Virus record (IMG/VR): IMGVR_UViG_3300037010_002878
Span: 1 to 64,000 of that record
From: an uncultured virus (IMG/VR IMGVR_UViG_3300037010_002878)
Taxonomy: Duplodnaviria > Heunggongvirae > Uroviricota > Caudoviricetes
Strand: one strand, 5' to 3'
DNA length: 64,000 nucleotides
The first letter of the stretch is position 1. Each line of letters opens with the position of its first letter. This document shows, one piece after another, positions 55,649 to 64,000 of the stretch. The position numbers and the translations under genes are program-made. A model generated the notes under the pieces. The model searched no databases and was not told the origin of the DNA. It saw only the letters and a program-made list of their open reading frames with translations.

Positions 55649-57018
55649 ATGCTTTTCGCTGCCTCTTCAATTTTTAAAATATTTTCCAATGTGTCACCAG
55701 ATGTTTTATCATCTCTGAGTTTTCCGAATACTGGATGTAACAAACTGTATCCATTTTCGGTAACACTAACTCCCTTACATTTCACTTCTGCATAAGTGTT
55801 TAGCAATGATTCTCTATTATCCCAAATGAATTTTCTCATTTCATCTGTAATTCCTGCTGGGTCTGTTTTCAGTATACCACATTCTGATTCACAAATCAAT
55901 GAACCTAAATTGCCTTCTAAACGAGTACCCTTTTTACCTTCATTGAACCCAATGATTCTAAGGTCTACAGCAATCTCAAGTTTAATTTTGATTTGATAAT
56001 TTGGTTTACCATCTTTCCAAATACCGCTCATTCCTTTTACAATAGTTCCTTCTTCACCACGAGCCAATAATTCTTGAAAATGTTTCATAGCTTCTTCTGG
56101 AGATTTAACCATTTTGTATTCTACCAATCTAACTCTATCGGTTTTTACAAATTTAAGCATCTCTTGTAATTCTTCCCATCTTTCATGGTATGGACGTTTC
56201 GATCCAGCATTCAAATACTCATCTAAGGTTATACAATCCCAAACGGTATATTTGATTTTTGGTAACATTTCTTCAAATGTTAGATTATATTCTTCATTAA
56301 ATGCATCTAATTCTTTAGAAACATCTTCTCCATTGTTCATTTTTTTGCTAATGCTTACCACGCTTGCGATGATGCCATTTGATGTGTAACGATTTACTCC
56401 ATCAATAGTTAATTCCCCATTTAAAATTACATTCATAGGGAATGATTCAAACACATCATCCAACGCTCCAGATAAATATGTTATTTCTCCAGAACGGGAT
56501 TCATGAACAATTGATTCTGTGATTATTGTATTGGCATATCTTCCATCCATTTTGACTTGAGACATAACACCTTTGGGATCTGTAAATAGTTTTTGAACTT
56601 TACTTTTATCATAAGCTATAGCACCTTGATATGGAGTAGTTTCAATTAATTTTTTCCAAACTTTATTTACAGTGGATTCATTTAAACCAATTTTTAGATC
56701 TTTTTTTATGATTCGTTCAATAACTGTAGCATCATTCACTGATAGGTTTTCTAAAATACCTTTTAGATGTTCAATAGCATCATTACCTGTTTTCTCTCTA
56801 GAACTTAACACTGATAATGATTCTAAAGCTTCCTCTAATGTCATATTTTCTTTGGAGGTGTATTCAGGAATTTTTCTAAGATAAAATTTAACACGAGGGC
56901 TCAATGCCAAATAAACTACTTTTTTAAGCAATTCAAAATCTTCATATTTTCTTAAGATTTGCTCTTTAACTTTTGTAGAATTTGTTTCATTTAACTCATT
57001 AAAAATTTTTATTACCAT
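55645..57018 (-). CDS. gp30: ATP-dependent DNA ligase, gp30-like
   Basis: QVKMDGRY, LNGEL, EEGTIVK, KIK, YSLLHPVF..LRDDK. Confidence 0.96.
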   Translation of the reverse strand: MVIKIFNELNETNSTKVKEQILRKYEDFELLKKVVYLALSPRVKFYLRKIPEYTSKENMTLEEALESLSVLSSREKTGNDAIEHLKGILENLSVNDATVIERIIKKDLKIGLNESTVNKVWKKLIETTPYQGAIAYDKSKVQKLFTDPKGVMSQVKMDGRYANTIITESIVHESRSGEITYLSGALDDVFESFPMNVILNGELTIDGVNRYTSNGIIASVVSISKKMNNGEDVSKELDAFNEEYNLTFEEMLPKIKYTVWDCITLDEYLNAGSKRPYHERWEELQEMLKFVKTDRVRLVEYKMVKSPEEAMKHFQELLARGEEGTIVKGMSGIWKDGKPNYQIKIKLEIAVDLRIIGFNEGKKGTRLEGNLGSLICESECGILKTDPAGITDEMRKFIWDNRESLLNTYAEVKCKGVSVTENGYSLLHPVFGKLRDDKTSGDTLENILKIEEAAKSI

Positions 57019-57074
57019 TGTATTCCTTTATTTTATGATATAATTATAACAAAAAATACTTAATGTAAAATTAA

Positions 57075-57623
57075 TTATAAGTAAAATTCTGGATGTTTGA
57101 AGTAAAATTTGTCTTTATCTATATTCTCAATAATTTCTTCTTGATTGGACACAAACCCTTGATGGATAACCTCAGGTCTAATTTTCACTTTATTCATATT
57201 TAAGTTTTGATTATTTCTCAATAAAAAGAAAATTACATTGTCTTTAAATGAAGCATCTTGAATAACAGATAAACAATAATCAAACATTTCATCTCTCATA
57301 GATGTACATGTGCTTTGAAATGTATCTTGAATTATAGATTCTTTTGTTTTATAATTCAATTCCTGGATAGTATCCAGGAATTTAGAAAAGTAAATTTGAT
57401 TTTTCGTTTGAGTCAATGATGCTTTTGCTATCATTGTGAGGAATTTTTTGTCTTCAAAAATCAATTGTTTTAATATTTTTTCATAAATGTCTATACATTT
57501 ATTATTCTGTATCAATTGATTAGCTGCGAAGACTTGCTCTCTTGGAGATAAAGGCAATGGGGTTAGCTTATCTCTTAAAGAATCTTCTGATTCTGAAATA
57601 AAATCTATTTCTCTAACACCCAT
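57075..57623 (-). CDS. Hypothetical protein
   Basis: 182-aa ORF with RBS AAGGA. Confidence 0.7.
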   Translation of the reverse strand: MGVREIDFISESEDSLRDKLTPLPLSPREQVFAANQLIQNNKCIDIYEKILKQLIFEDKKFLTMIAKASLTQTKNQIYFSKFLDTIQELNYKTKESIIQDTFQSTCTSMRDEMFDYCLSVIQDASFKDNVIFFLLRNNQNLNMNKVKIRPEVIHQGFVSNQEEIIENIDKDKFYFKHPEFYL

Positions 57624-57632
57624 TTCTTTCCT

Positions 57633-58988
57633 TTATTTAAAATCGTCTGCCCATTCTGCAATTCTAGAACGTACAGTTTTTGTTAATTTAATTGCTCCAA
57701 TATTAACATCTTTGTTTTCTAACATTATTCGGTTAATCAAATATGTTAGAGCCGATGTGTGTTTATTGATATATTTGTTATCTATTTGTTTATTAGAACC
57801 AATAGCAATTATTTTACAACCTTCTGTTACCCGAGTCAATGATGTTCTAATGCTAGCTACCGATTCATTTTGAATTTCATCTATAATTACAACAGCATCT
57901 CTTATATTAGTTCCACGCAAAAAACCTTCAAACAAAGATGTTATTTGATATTCTTTAATCAAATCAATCATCTTATTCTCTAATTCTTCTTTAGTGAATT
58001 TTCTATTTTGTTTAAATTTAGCATTGATTATTGCTTCTAAGTTAGAATACAATGGAGCCAAATAAGGAGATAATTTATCTTCTTGTGTTCCTGGAAGAAA
58101 GCCCATTTCTTCATCATCTGCATTTACTGTTTTTCTCATGTAAACGATTTTATTGAATCTTGTAGGATTCTTTTTTACTAATTTCATAGCTGCACTCAAA
58201 GCAATCAATGTTTTTCCAGAACCTGCTGGTGCATCTACTACAACTACATCATAAAATGGATCGTTTATCATACTAGAATATATTTTTTGTTCTATGTTTT
58301 GAGGTTTGATATCTTGGCGTTTAAGTTCATCTTCATTAATCTCATGAAATATGTTTCCAGATCTGTAATAGTAACTTCGATTTCCATCTTCTTTATACAA
58401 ACATAATCCAAAAATATTATCAGGAATTGATAAATCTTTAGCTTCAACTGCTTTAGGTAATGTATCTTCTTTATATTCAATTTCTTGATATAATTCCAAG
58501 TCTTCTTTGTAATCTCGACCCATACCTTCAGTTTTTAAACCTAAAGATATTGCTCTTAGTCTACACATAACATCATTAGAAATGAACACTATTGGAATAT
58601 CATAAAGTCTTTCACATTCTTCAGCTACCTCTAAAATTTTTCGGTCATTTAAAATGTGTCGGTCTACATTTCCTTCTACACTTTTGTATTTGTTTAATGA
58701 AATAACATCTATAGTAATGTTTTTATCCGAATTGATAAACATTCTTGATATTGTGTAATCTGTATTTTTATCAGCGTACAATATATCAGCTTTCTCTAGC
58801 AAGCGTCCGAAAGATCTGGCTTGGAAATTTATTTCTTCAAACCCAGTCTTTTTAACATCAATTTCGTCCATTACCGTTTCTGGTAAAACTATCAAGTTAG
58901 ATGATTGTTGAGATAAGATCTCAATATTAACTACATCATTCAAAATAACGTTCGTGTCTAAAACATAAATTTTTTCAAAATTATTCAA
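57633..58988 (-). CDS. phoH: PIN-domain PhoH-family protein (PhoH2)
   Basis: YVLDTNV, NDRKIL, SNDV..R PIN domain; PAGSGKT, GFLPG, LRG, IDEIQN. Confidence 0.93.
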   Translation of the reverse strand: MNNFEKIYVLDTNVILNDVVNIEILSQQSSNLIVLPETVMDEIDVKKTGFEEINFQARSFGRLLEKADILYADKNTDYTISRMFINSDKNITIDVISLNKYKSVEGNVDRHILNDRKILEVAEECERLYDIPIVFISNDVMCRLRAISLGLKTEGMGRDYKEDLELYQEIEYKEDTLPKAVEAKDLSIPDNIFGLCLYKEDGNRSYYYRSGNIFHEINEDELKRQDIKPQNIEQKIYSSMINDPFYDVVVVDAPAGSGKTLIALSAAMKLVKKNPTRFNKIVYMRKTVNADDEEMGFLPGTQEDKLSPYLAPLYSNLEAIINAKFKQNRKFTKEELENKMIDLIKEYQITSLFEGFLRGTNIRDAVVIIDEIQNESVASIRTSLTRVTEGCKIIAIGSNKQIDNKYINKHTSALTYLINRIMLENKDVNIGAIKLTKTVRSRIAEWADDFK

Positions 58989-59083
58989 TATACTGCCTCT
59001 AAAGGTGATTAATCAAATCTTTCCTTCAAAGTCATATCAACATTCAATACCCACATGTACTCCTTTATTTTAATTAAAAATAT

Positions 59084-60043
59084 TTATGATTCACGTCCTT
59101 TTAATATTAAAGAAGTGATGGATTTAGTTATTTTACGATCTGTATCCAAATTCAAGAAAATTTTAAATACATCTAGATGATTTTCTTTTAAATTGCTCAA
59201 AATAGAACCACGAGTTTCCAATTCTACACACCATAACATACTGAGTGCGGTAAGGGCTGAACTGACTGTGGCGTTTTTTACTATTTGTGTCTTAATGAAA
59301 AACTCAGTCAATTCAGATTTGTTCAATACATCCATAGATTTTAATAATGATTTTCTCAAATCATTTCCAATGATTTCTGGATCTTCAGATTCATGATTTT
59401 CTACATATGCTTGAATATCATCTGATGTTATTTGTTCATCAAATTTACAAAAATAAGTATAAAAACGAGTCCCAATACTCTCTCCAATTTTTCCTTTTAT
59501 TAAATCTAAAGTCAAAGGATTTTTCTTGGCATTTGGGATGTTTTTAAGAACGTCCGATAATTTAGTCCATGCTCGTGGAGTAGGATATTTTGAATCTTGA
59601 ACTTCTACTGAACTCCAATGTAATTTGTCTGGATTATCACGAATGAAAGATCTAATAACTTTTAAGACATCATGATTTTCCGCCCATTTTAGCCAAGCGT
59701 TTGCATCAACAGTAACATTTAATGTTAAAAATCTGTCTAGCAATGCTGGGTCCATAGCTTCAACTTGATATCCATCTTCTGGATTAATACAAGCTGTAAC
59801 CATAGCCGGAATACCTTTAAAATAAGGTAATGTATGTTGATGTATTTGTTTGCTTAGGATTAATTGAAGTGCAGCTTGTCTTATATCCAATGGTGCACGA
59901 TTTAACTCATCTAGTAATAATGAGGTGTGTTTACCTTTTGAATAATGAACGTGAGTGTTGTGTTTGCTCAACAGACTGTGGTCTGTTTCATAATACTGAT
60001 TGTATAAGTTTTGAAGGATTTCTCGAGTTATTATCATAATCAT
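59084..60043 (-). CDS. MoxR-like AAA+ ATPase, C-terminal half (Walker B, sensor, Arg finger)
   Basis: LLLDELNRA, ACINP, MDPALLDRF, PTPRAW; no Walker A. Confidence 0.85.
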   Translation of the reverse strand: MIMIITREILQNLYNQYYETDHSLLSKHNTHVHYSKGKHTSLLLDELNRAPLDIRQAALQLILSKQIHQHTLPYFKGIPAMVTACINPEDGYQVEAMDPALLDRFLTLNVTVDANAWLKWAENHDVLKVIRSFIRDNPDKLHWSSVEVQDSKYPTPRAWTKLSDVLKNIPNAKKNPLTLDLIKGKIGESIGTRFYTYFCKFDEQITSDDIQAYVENHESEDPEIIGNDLRKSLLKSMDVLNKSELTEFFIKTQIVKNATVSSALTALSMLWCVELETRGSILSNLKENHLDVFKIFLNLDTDRKITKSITSLILKGRES

Positions 60044-60064
60044 TCCTGAAGGTTTATTTGTATT

Positions 60065-60098
60065 ATTATATCAGGTTGTTGCTTAAAACAACCTGATA
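60065..60098 (-). promoter_or_regulatory. TTAAG-N11-TATAAT promoter overlapping a 12-bp inverted repeat
   Basis: Minus strand TTAAG caacaaccTGa TATAAT; TATCAGGTTGTT/AACAACCTGATA stem. Confidence 0.65.
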
Positions 60099-60100
60099 AT

Positions 60101-60451
60101 TTAAACGGAATTTAAAGATTTTTTTATGGTTCCATTATATGTGCAGTTTGGATTTATATTCAACATAGATGTATAAGTAATATCTGATTCTACGTCACCG
60201 GTAGGTTCAATAGTGATATTACTACAATTAATGTTTCCTTTATAAACTCCAGCGATAAAAACTTCGGAACATTCTATATCGGCAGTTAAAGAACCTCCAA
60301 CTTCAATAAAAACACTTTTAGCTATGATTTTATTAGCTTCTACAGTGCCTTTTATGTAAACTTGATGAGAACTGGTTATCTCGCCTTTAAATGTAGAATC
60401 TTTCCCGATTATTGTAAAATCGGGATTTTCTTTTTTGAAAAAATTAAGCAT
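60101..60451 (-). CDS. Bactofilin (polymer-forming cytoskeletal protein, CcmA-like)
   Basis: TIIGKDSTFKGEI...IKGTV...I..GG...DI....V.IAG...GNI....I...G.V..DI.Y..L.I. Confidence 0.9.
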   Translation of the reverse strand: MLNFFKKENPDFTIIGKDSTFKGEITSSHQVYIKGTVEANKIIAKSVFIEVGGSLTADIECSEVFIAGVYKGNINCSNITIEPTGDVESDITYTSMLNINPNCTYNGTIKKSLNSV

Positions 60452-61157
60452 ATCTTTCTTCCATTCTTTTGATTTTATCAGCTCTAGCTAAAACATCTAG
60501 AGCTTGTTTTCTACCTAAAGGACAGTCTGATTTATAATCAACTAGTGCCTCAAACGTGGACTGATGTTTAGAATATTTGTTCAAAATATATGCCCCGGCG
60601 GCTATAGCGTATTTTGGAATTTCCAAATCACTTGGTTTTCGGATAACATGATTGGCAATCAATTCTTTAGACCATATACCTGAAGCAACTCCTGTAAATC
60701 CTTTTACACCAATGTGTATAGATGATCCAGCATTGTGTTTGACATTCTTCTTAAAAGAAGATTCAGAATCTATTAAACCGGTTAAAACCGTATGTTTAAC
60801 ATTTTCATACTTGTTTGAGGATTTGATGATTTCAGTAGCATAATAAGCAGCTTCTTTATCATCAACTTTAGGATTTTTCTCCTTAATATACATTGAAATT
60901 ACTTGTTTCTGAACATTAAATTTCTTCAACTCAGCTTCATTTCTTTCCAAATCTTTCTTAAGGCGCTCGATTTCTTGAGCTTTTTTATCATTGAGTTCTT
61001 TTACATTCTTATTCTCAATACGAATGTCGTTATAATACGAATCAATGTACAATTTAGCGCTATACACTGTCACTGCAACAAGTGCTACTAAACCGACTAT
61101 TAAATTTCGTTGAATTCTAATAGATTTCCGTAAATTATCAATTGGATTTATTACCAT
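60444..61157 (-). CDS. Membrane-anchored SLT-family lytic transglycosylase
   Basis: N-terminal TM, coiled coil, LI.SESSF catalytic motif, I.AGAYIL..Y, AL..Y. Confidence 0.8.
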   Translation of the reverse strand: MVINPIDNLRKSIRIQRNLIVGLVALVAVTVYSAKLYIDSYYNDIRIENKNVKELNDKKAQEIERLKKDLERNEAELKKFNVQKQVISMYIKEKNPKVDDKEAAYYATEIIKSSNKYENVKHTVLTGLIDSESSFKKNVKHNAGSSIHIGVKGFTGVASGIWSKELIANHVIRKPSDLEIPKYAIAAGAYILNKYSKHQSTFEALVDYKSDCPLGRKQALDVLARADKIKRMEERYA

Positions 61158-61302
61158 TATTGATCTCCTTTTTTCAATTTCGTTGGAAGATGAAACCTAT
61201 CATCTTTTACCTACTTTCTTAAGAAAGTGCTTCAATCATTGTAACTATCTTTTTGTTTCATTTGCCAGAAAAACAAAAGTTACATAACCTTACATTTTTA
61301 GG

Positions 61303-61827
61303 TTATTTGATTATATCAAAAACATCCTGAACAATACTTGAAGTAATTAGTTTAGATGAATATTGAACCTTATTTTGTGTCAACAACTCTACAAGATCTC
61401 GATCTATCTGTATCGCCTCAGATTCTGATTGAGTTCGACCATATCCCTGATATGGGTGATGGTCTAAATTCCTGATGAGATAAATATTTATATTGTCATA
61501 AGCATCATATGTGCTTTTAACAAAAGCTTTGAAATTATCTTCATTATAAATGGGGTTTTCTTGAAAGTAATGTAACGATAACAATAACGGGCTATCCGTT
61601 ATAACATAATCTACTTTTCCTCTAAGTTTCCACAGCTTATGATGTTGTTTAGTAAAAATATACAATTGATCTTTAAGTTTAAAAAATGATTCTTGATAAA
61701 CTACGTCTTTGGCGTATTCTGTTACCAATTCTACTTTATAACCCATTGTTTTCATTAAATGAAACAATCCTGCAGCTGTAGTGCTTTTTCCGGTACCTGG
61801 ACCGCCGAAAAAATTTATTACTTTCAT
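61303..61827 (-). CDS. NadR/AAA_28-like P-loop kinase
   Basis: INFFGGPGTGKST, ELVTEYAK, ITDSPL, GR.Q...A..ID. Confidence 0.85.
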   Translation of the reverse strand: MKVINFFGGPGTGKSTTAAGLFHLMKTMGYKVELVTEYAKDVVYQESFFKLKDQLYIFTKQHHKLWKLRGKVDYVITDSPLLLSLHYFQENPIYNEDNFKAFVKSTYDAYDNINIYLIRNLDHHPYQGYGRTQSESEAIQIDRDLVELLTQNKVQYSSKLITSSIVQDVFDIIK

Positions 61828-62351
61828 GAGTCTCCTTTAATTCGGTTTAACTCTCTTTTTGCAAAGAAAATAATTTTATTCAAATCTCTTTCATATGTCG
61901 AATGATGCTCTACGCCAGATCTATACATAGCTTTGAATATATTACCTTGAGAAAAGTTCATATTTTTAAATTCAATGAGATCTTGCAAATCTTTAGCTCC
62001 CGCAGGAAGTTTATAATAATCTGTGCTTCCGCCATTATTTTTTGCTTCTTCTGGAACAGAATCATCATATAGAAGATAATCTTTAAAAGACCCTTTTTCT
62101 TCATTTTTATTTTTAGCTACATTCGCCAACTCATCAGGATTGATTCCAAATGTTTCCATTATGGTATCTAAAACTTCCATAATATCCGCTAGTTCTTCTA
62201 GAGATGTCAATCCAGTATCTATAAACTCTTGAGTTTCCTCTTTTAGTTTTAAAGAAAGATATTTTATTAAACTTTTTTTATCTGTTTGTTCAATATAAAA
62301 TAACTTATCTTCTGGGATTATATCTTTATATTTGTCCCTTACTAACTTCAT
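61824..62351 (-). CDS. MazG/HisE-like NTP pyrophosphatase fused to DUF3310-like domain
   Basis: KLVRDK...KLKEE..E...EELADIMEV...K..EKG.F, then GGSTDYY...MNF..GNIFKA.YR...DLNK. Confidence 0.75.
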   Translation of the reverse strand: MKLVRDKYKDIIPEDKLFYIEQTDKKSLIKYLSLKLKEETQEFIDTGLTSLEELADIMEVLDTIMETFGINPDELANVAKNKNEEKGSFKDYLLYDDSVPEEAKNNGGSTDYYKLPAGAKDLQDLIEFKNMNFSQGNIFKAMYRSGVEHHSTYERDLNKIIFFAKRELNRIKGDS

Positions 62352-62700
62352 TCAATTCCTTTAGTTTTGAGTAAACGAAAGCCTTGAAGTCCTCATCCGA
62401 AAATTCTAAATCATCTACATCGAATTTAGCGGGCATAACCGCTTCTTCCATTTTTTGTAACCAAATAGGTTTCGTCCATGTATGAATAACCTCACCATTA
62501 CGTTCTATTGAACGTGGCATACCAATCAAATCACCCACTTCTTGGTTGGACAAGAATAATGTTTCATTATGCATATTATTTTCTGTAGCAAAATTAGCTA
62601 CAACCTCTGATTTTCCAATCCCATGAGGGCCTTCAATCATTAAAGTTTCATTAGATTTGAAACAAATCTCTAATACACTTCGTATATTGCTAATTAACAT
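62326..62700 (-). CDS. MoxR-like AAA+ ATPase, N-terminal half (Walker A)
   Basis: IEGPHGIGKS, LFLS..EVGDLIGMP, W.KP.W; no Walker B. Confidence 0.85.
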   Translation of the reverse strand: MLISNIRSVLEICFKSNETLMIEGPHGIGKSEVVANFATENNMHNETLFLSNQEVGDLIGMPRSIERNGEVIHTWTKPIWLQKMEEAVMPAKFDVDDLEFSDEDFKAFVYSKLKELNEVSKGQI

Positions 62701-62794
62701 TTATTCTACCCTTCAATTCTGAAAATACATTACAAGATGAAAATACGCCATACATCATTATAGCAATGAATGTAATTGTTAAAAAATACGCCAT
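62690..62794 (-). CDS. 34-aa hydrophobic peptide (not in ORF track)
   Basis: AAGGAG RBS; MAYFLTITFIAIMMYGVFSSCNVFSELKGRINVN*. Confidence 0.45.
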   Translation of the reverse strand: MAYFLTITFIAIMMYGVFSSCNVFSELKGRINVN

Positions 62795-62847
62795 AGGACT
62801 CCTTCTTTCTTACATTTAATTATAACAGAAATTACCTTTGAAACTTA

Positions 62848-63699
62848 TTAAAGTTTATTACAAAGCACCATTTCAACATTCTCGTCTGAGTAATTCAATC
62901 TCTTAATGATTTGGATGAATCTTGTTCTGAAACATGGTTCTAACTCTGGGTTTTCTGGCTGTTTCAAATACGTTTCTTTTTTCCAAAGAATTCCATATTT
63001 GTATTTATCTGGAATATCGCTCCAAAAATGACCAAGCTCTTCACATATCTCAACTAGTTCATTGCTTGTTTTGTTTTGACATTCTTTATGGGATAGAATA
63101 CTTTGAGCAAAAACGTTTTTAGAGTTTCGTTCACAATCTCTGGTTCTCCATAAAAGTGAATTAAATGCCTCAGTTTTATCTGGAACTTGAAAAACTCGAG
63201 CATCAAAAAATGCTCTTCCAATTTTTGTCTCCAAAAAAGAAACCTTATTGTTAATTTTATCATATTCTTTAGATAATTCAACAGAAGCAGATCTAACACG
63301 CATCAAACCTTCTTTCTCAGTGTATAATTTACTAAGAGTTTCTCTGATTAATTCATTGAACTTCATTGAAGCAAATGATGCCGCTAATGAAGTTAGTTTT
63401 TGAATTCTTCCAGAATAAATCAAGTTATCATCTGGAGCAAAAATCAAGGTGATTTCGTCAGATTGAGAATAAGCGCAAACTGCTTTAAATTCATCCATCA
63501 ATGCTCTAGCTGTTTCTGCTAATGCATTTGCTAAAAATTCATCGAAAGGTTTTGAGAAACCTTTCGTCCATTTAGAAAAGCCGTGCCCATCAATTCGCAT
63601 GATGGAGTATTTGGATTTATCCAAATAAATCTCTGCACTTGCTTCATATTCTTTAATTCTATGACCGAATGGGTCTTTTTCTTGAATTTTTGAGGTCAT
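62848..63699 (-). CDS. thg1: tRNA-His guanylyltransferase Thg1-like protein
   Basis: RIDGHGFSKWT.GF.KPFD, YSQSDEI, GRIQKL.S, FDARV, WR..D..RNS. Confidence 0.93.
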   Translation of the reverse strand: MTSKIQEKDPFGHRIKEYEASAEIYLDKSKYSIMRIDGHGFSKWTKGFSKPFDEFLANALAETARALMDEFKAVCAYSQSDEITLIFAPDDNLIYSGRIQKLTSLAASFASMKFNELIRETLSKLYTEKEGLMRVRSASVELSKEYDKINNKVSFLETKIGRAFFDARVFQVPDKTEAFNSLLWRTRDCERNSKNVFAQSILSHKECQNKTSNELVEICEELGHFWSDIPDKYKYGILWKKETYLKQPENPELEPCFRTRFIQIIKRLNYSDENVEMVLCNKL

Positions 63700-63725
63700 A
63701 TTCTTTCCTTTTATTTTGTATATTA

Positions 63726-64000
63726 TTATAACAGTTTATTCTTAAATTTAGTTAAAACAGCGAAAATATCTGTCAATTTTTTAGGTGTGAAGTTTATTAC
63801 TTCAACACTACAGTTAAATGATTTTTCTGAGTTAATAGCATTTGAATGACTATGTCCATGGATATTATAATCACATTTATAATCATTGTATAATTTGGTC
63901 AAATATCTAAATGGTTCTCTATATTTTCCCTCAAAGTTTTCATTATATTGGTGGATTCCAAAATGGGAAAACATTACCCTTTTGCCGTTTATATCAATTA
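63726..64000 (-). CDS. Calcineurin-like metallophosphoesterase, C-terminal part (truncated by window edge)
   Basis: Frame open to the edge (IDINGKRVMFSH), NIHGHSH, NCSVE..NF.P. Confidence 0.75.
   Translation of the reverse strand, partial: IDINGKRVMFSHFGIHQYNENFEGKYREPFRYLTKLYNDYKCDYNIHGHSHSNAINSEKSFNCSVEVINFTPKKLTDIFAVLTKFKNKLL

Noticed and set aside
59009..59056. 15-aa ORF MWVLNVDMTLKERFD with strong RBS upstream of phoH as another attenuator
   Set aside because: No compositional bias and no convincing alternative hairpins; may be a gene remnant.
59950..59975. SKHNT near the start of the AAA C-half as a split-intein C-terminus
   Set aside because: The N-half tail lacks a Cys/Ser-initiated intein block A/B and is too short; His-Asn-Thr alone is insufficient.
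1..64000. Stop-codon reassignment
   Set aside because: Core genes are full length in the standard code, and no suppressor anticodon is among the tRNAs.

Overview
AT-rich 64-kb segment of a large T4-like myophage (Straboviridae/Eucampyvirinae-like). The host is probably a Campylobacterota bacterium, inferred from the recurrent TTAAG-N10/11-TATAAT promoters and a Hef-type endonuclease. Left to right it holds: a minus-strand array of 13 tRNA genes; gp14 neck protein and three Kelch-like repeat paralogs; the head module (gp23, gp22, gp21, gp20, gp17); tail-fibre, baseplate and tail genes (gp6, gp25, PAAR, gp5, gp53, gp48, tape measure, gp26/gp51, gp19, gp15, gp16); Dda helicase; a YD-repeat-like cluster; more fibres; GroES, DNA ligase, PIN-PhoH, a split MoxR-like AAA ATPase, bactofilin plus lytic transglycosylase, a MazG-like fusion and Thg1. 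The most striking signal is absent from the ORF track: short leader ORFs with strong RBS and mutually exclusive RNA hairpins sit in the tRNA region. The 41-aa leader at 3069-3194 is built almost only from the amino acids whose tRNAs lie directly downstream. A 47-aa Asn-rich leader at 30-173 has a terminator/antiterminator pair. An AUA-containing mini-ORF runs into a rare tRNA-Ile(UAU). Together these suggest ribosome-stalling attenuators that turn phage tRNA supply on when host tRNAs are depleted. That function is inferred, not demonstrated.
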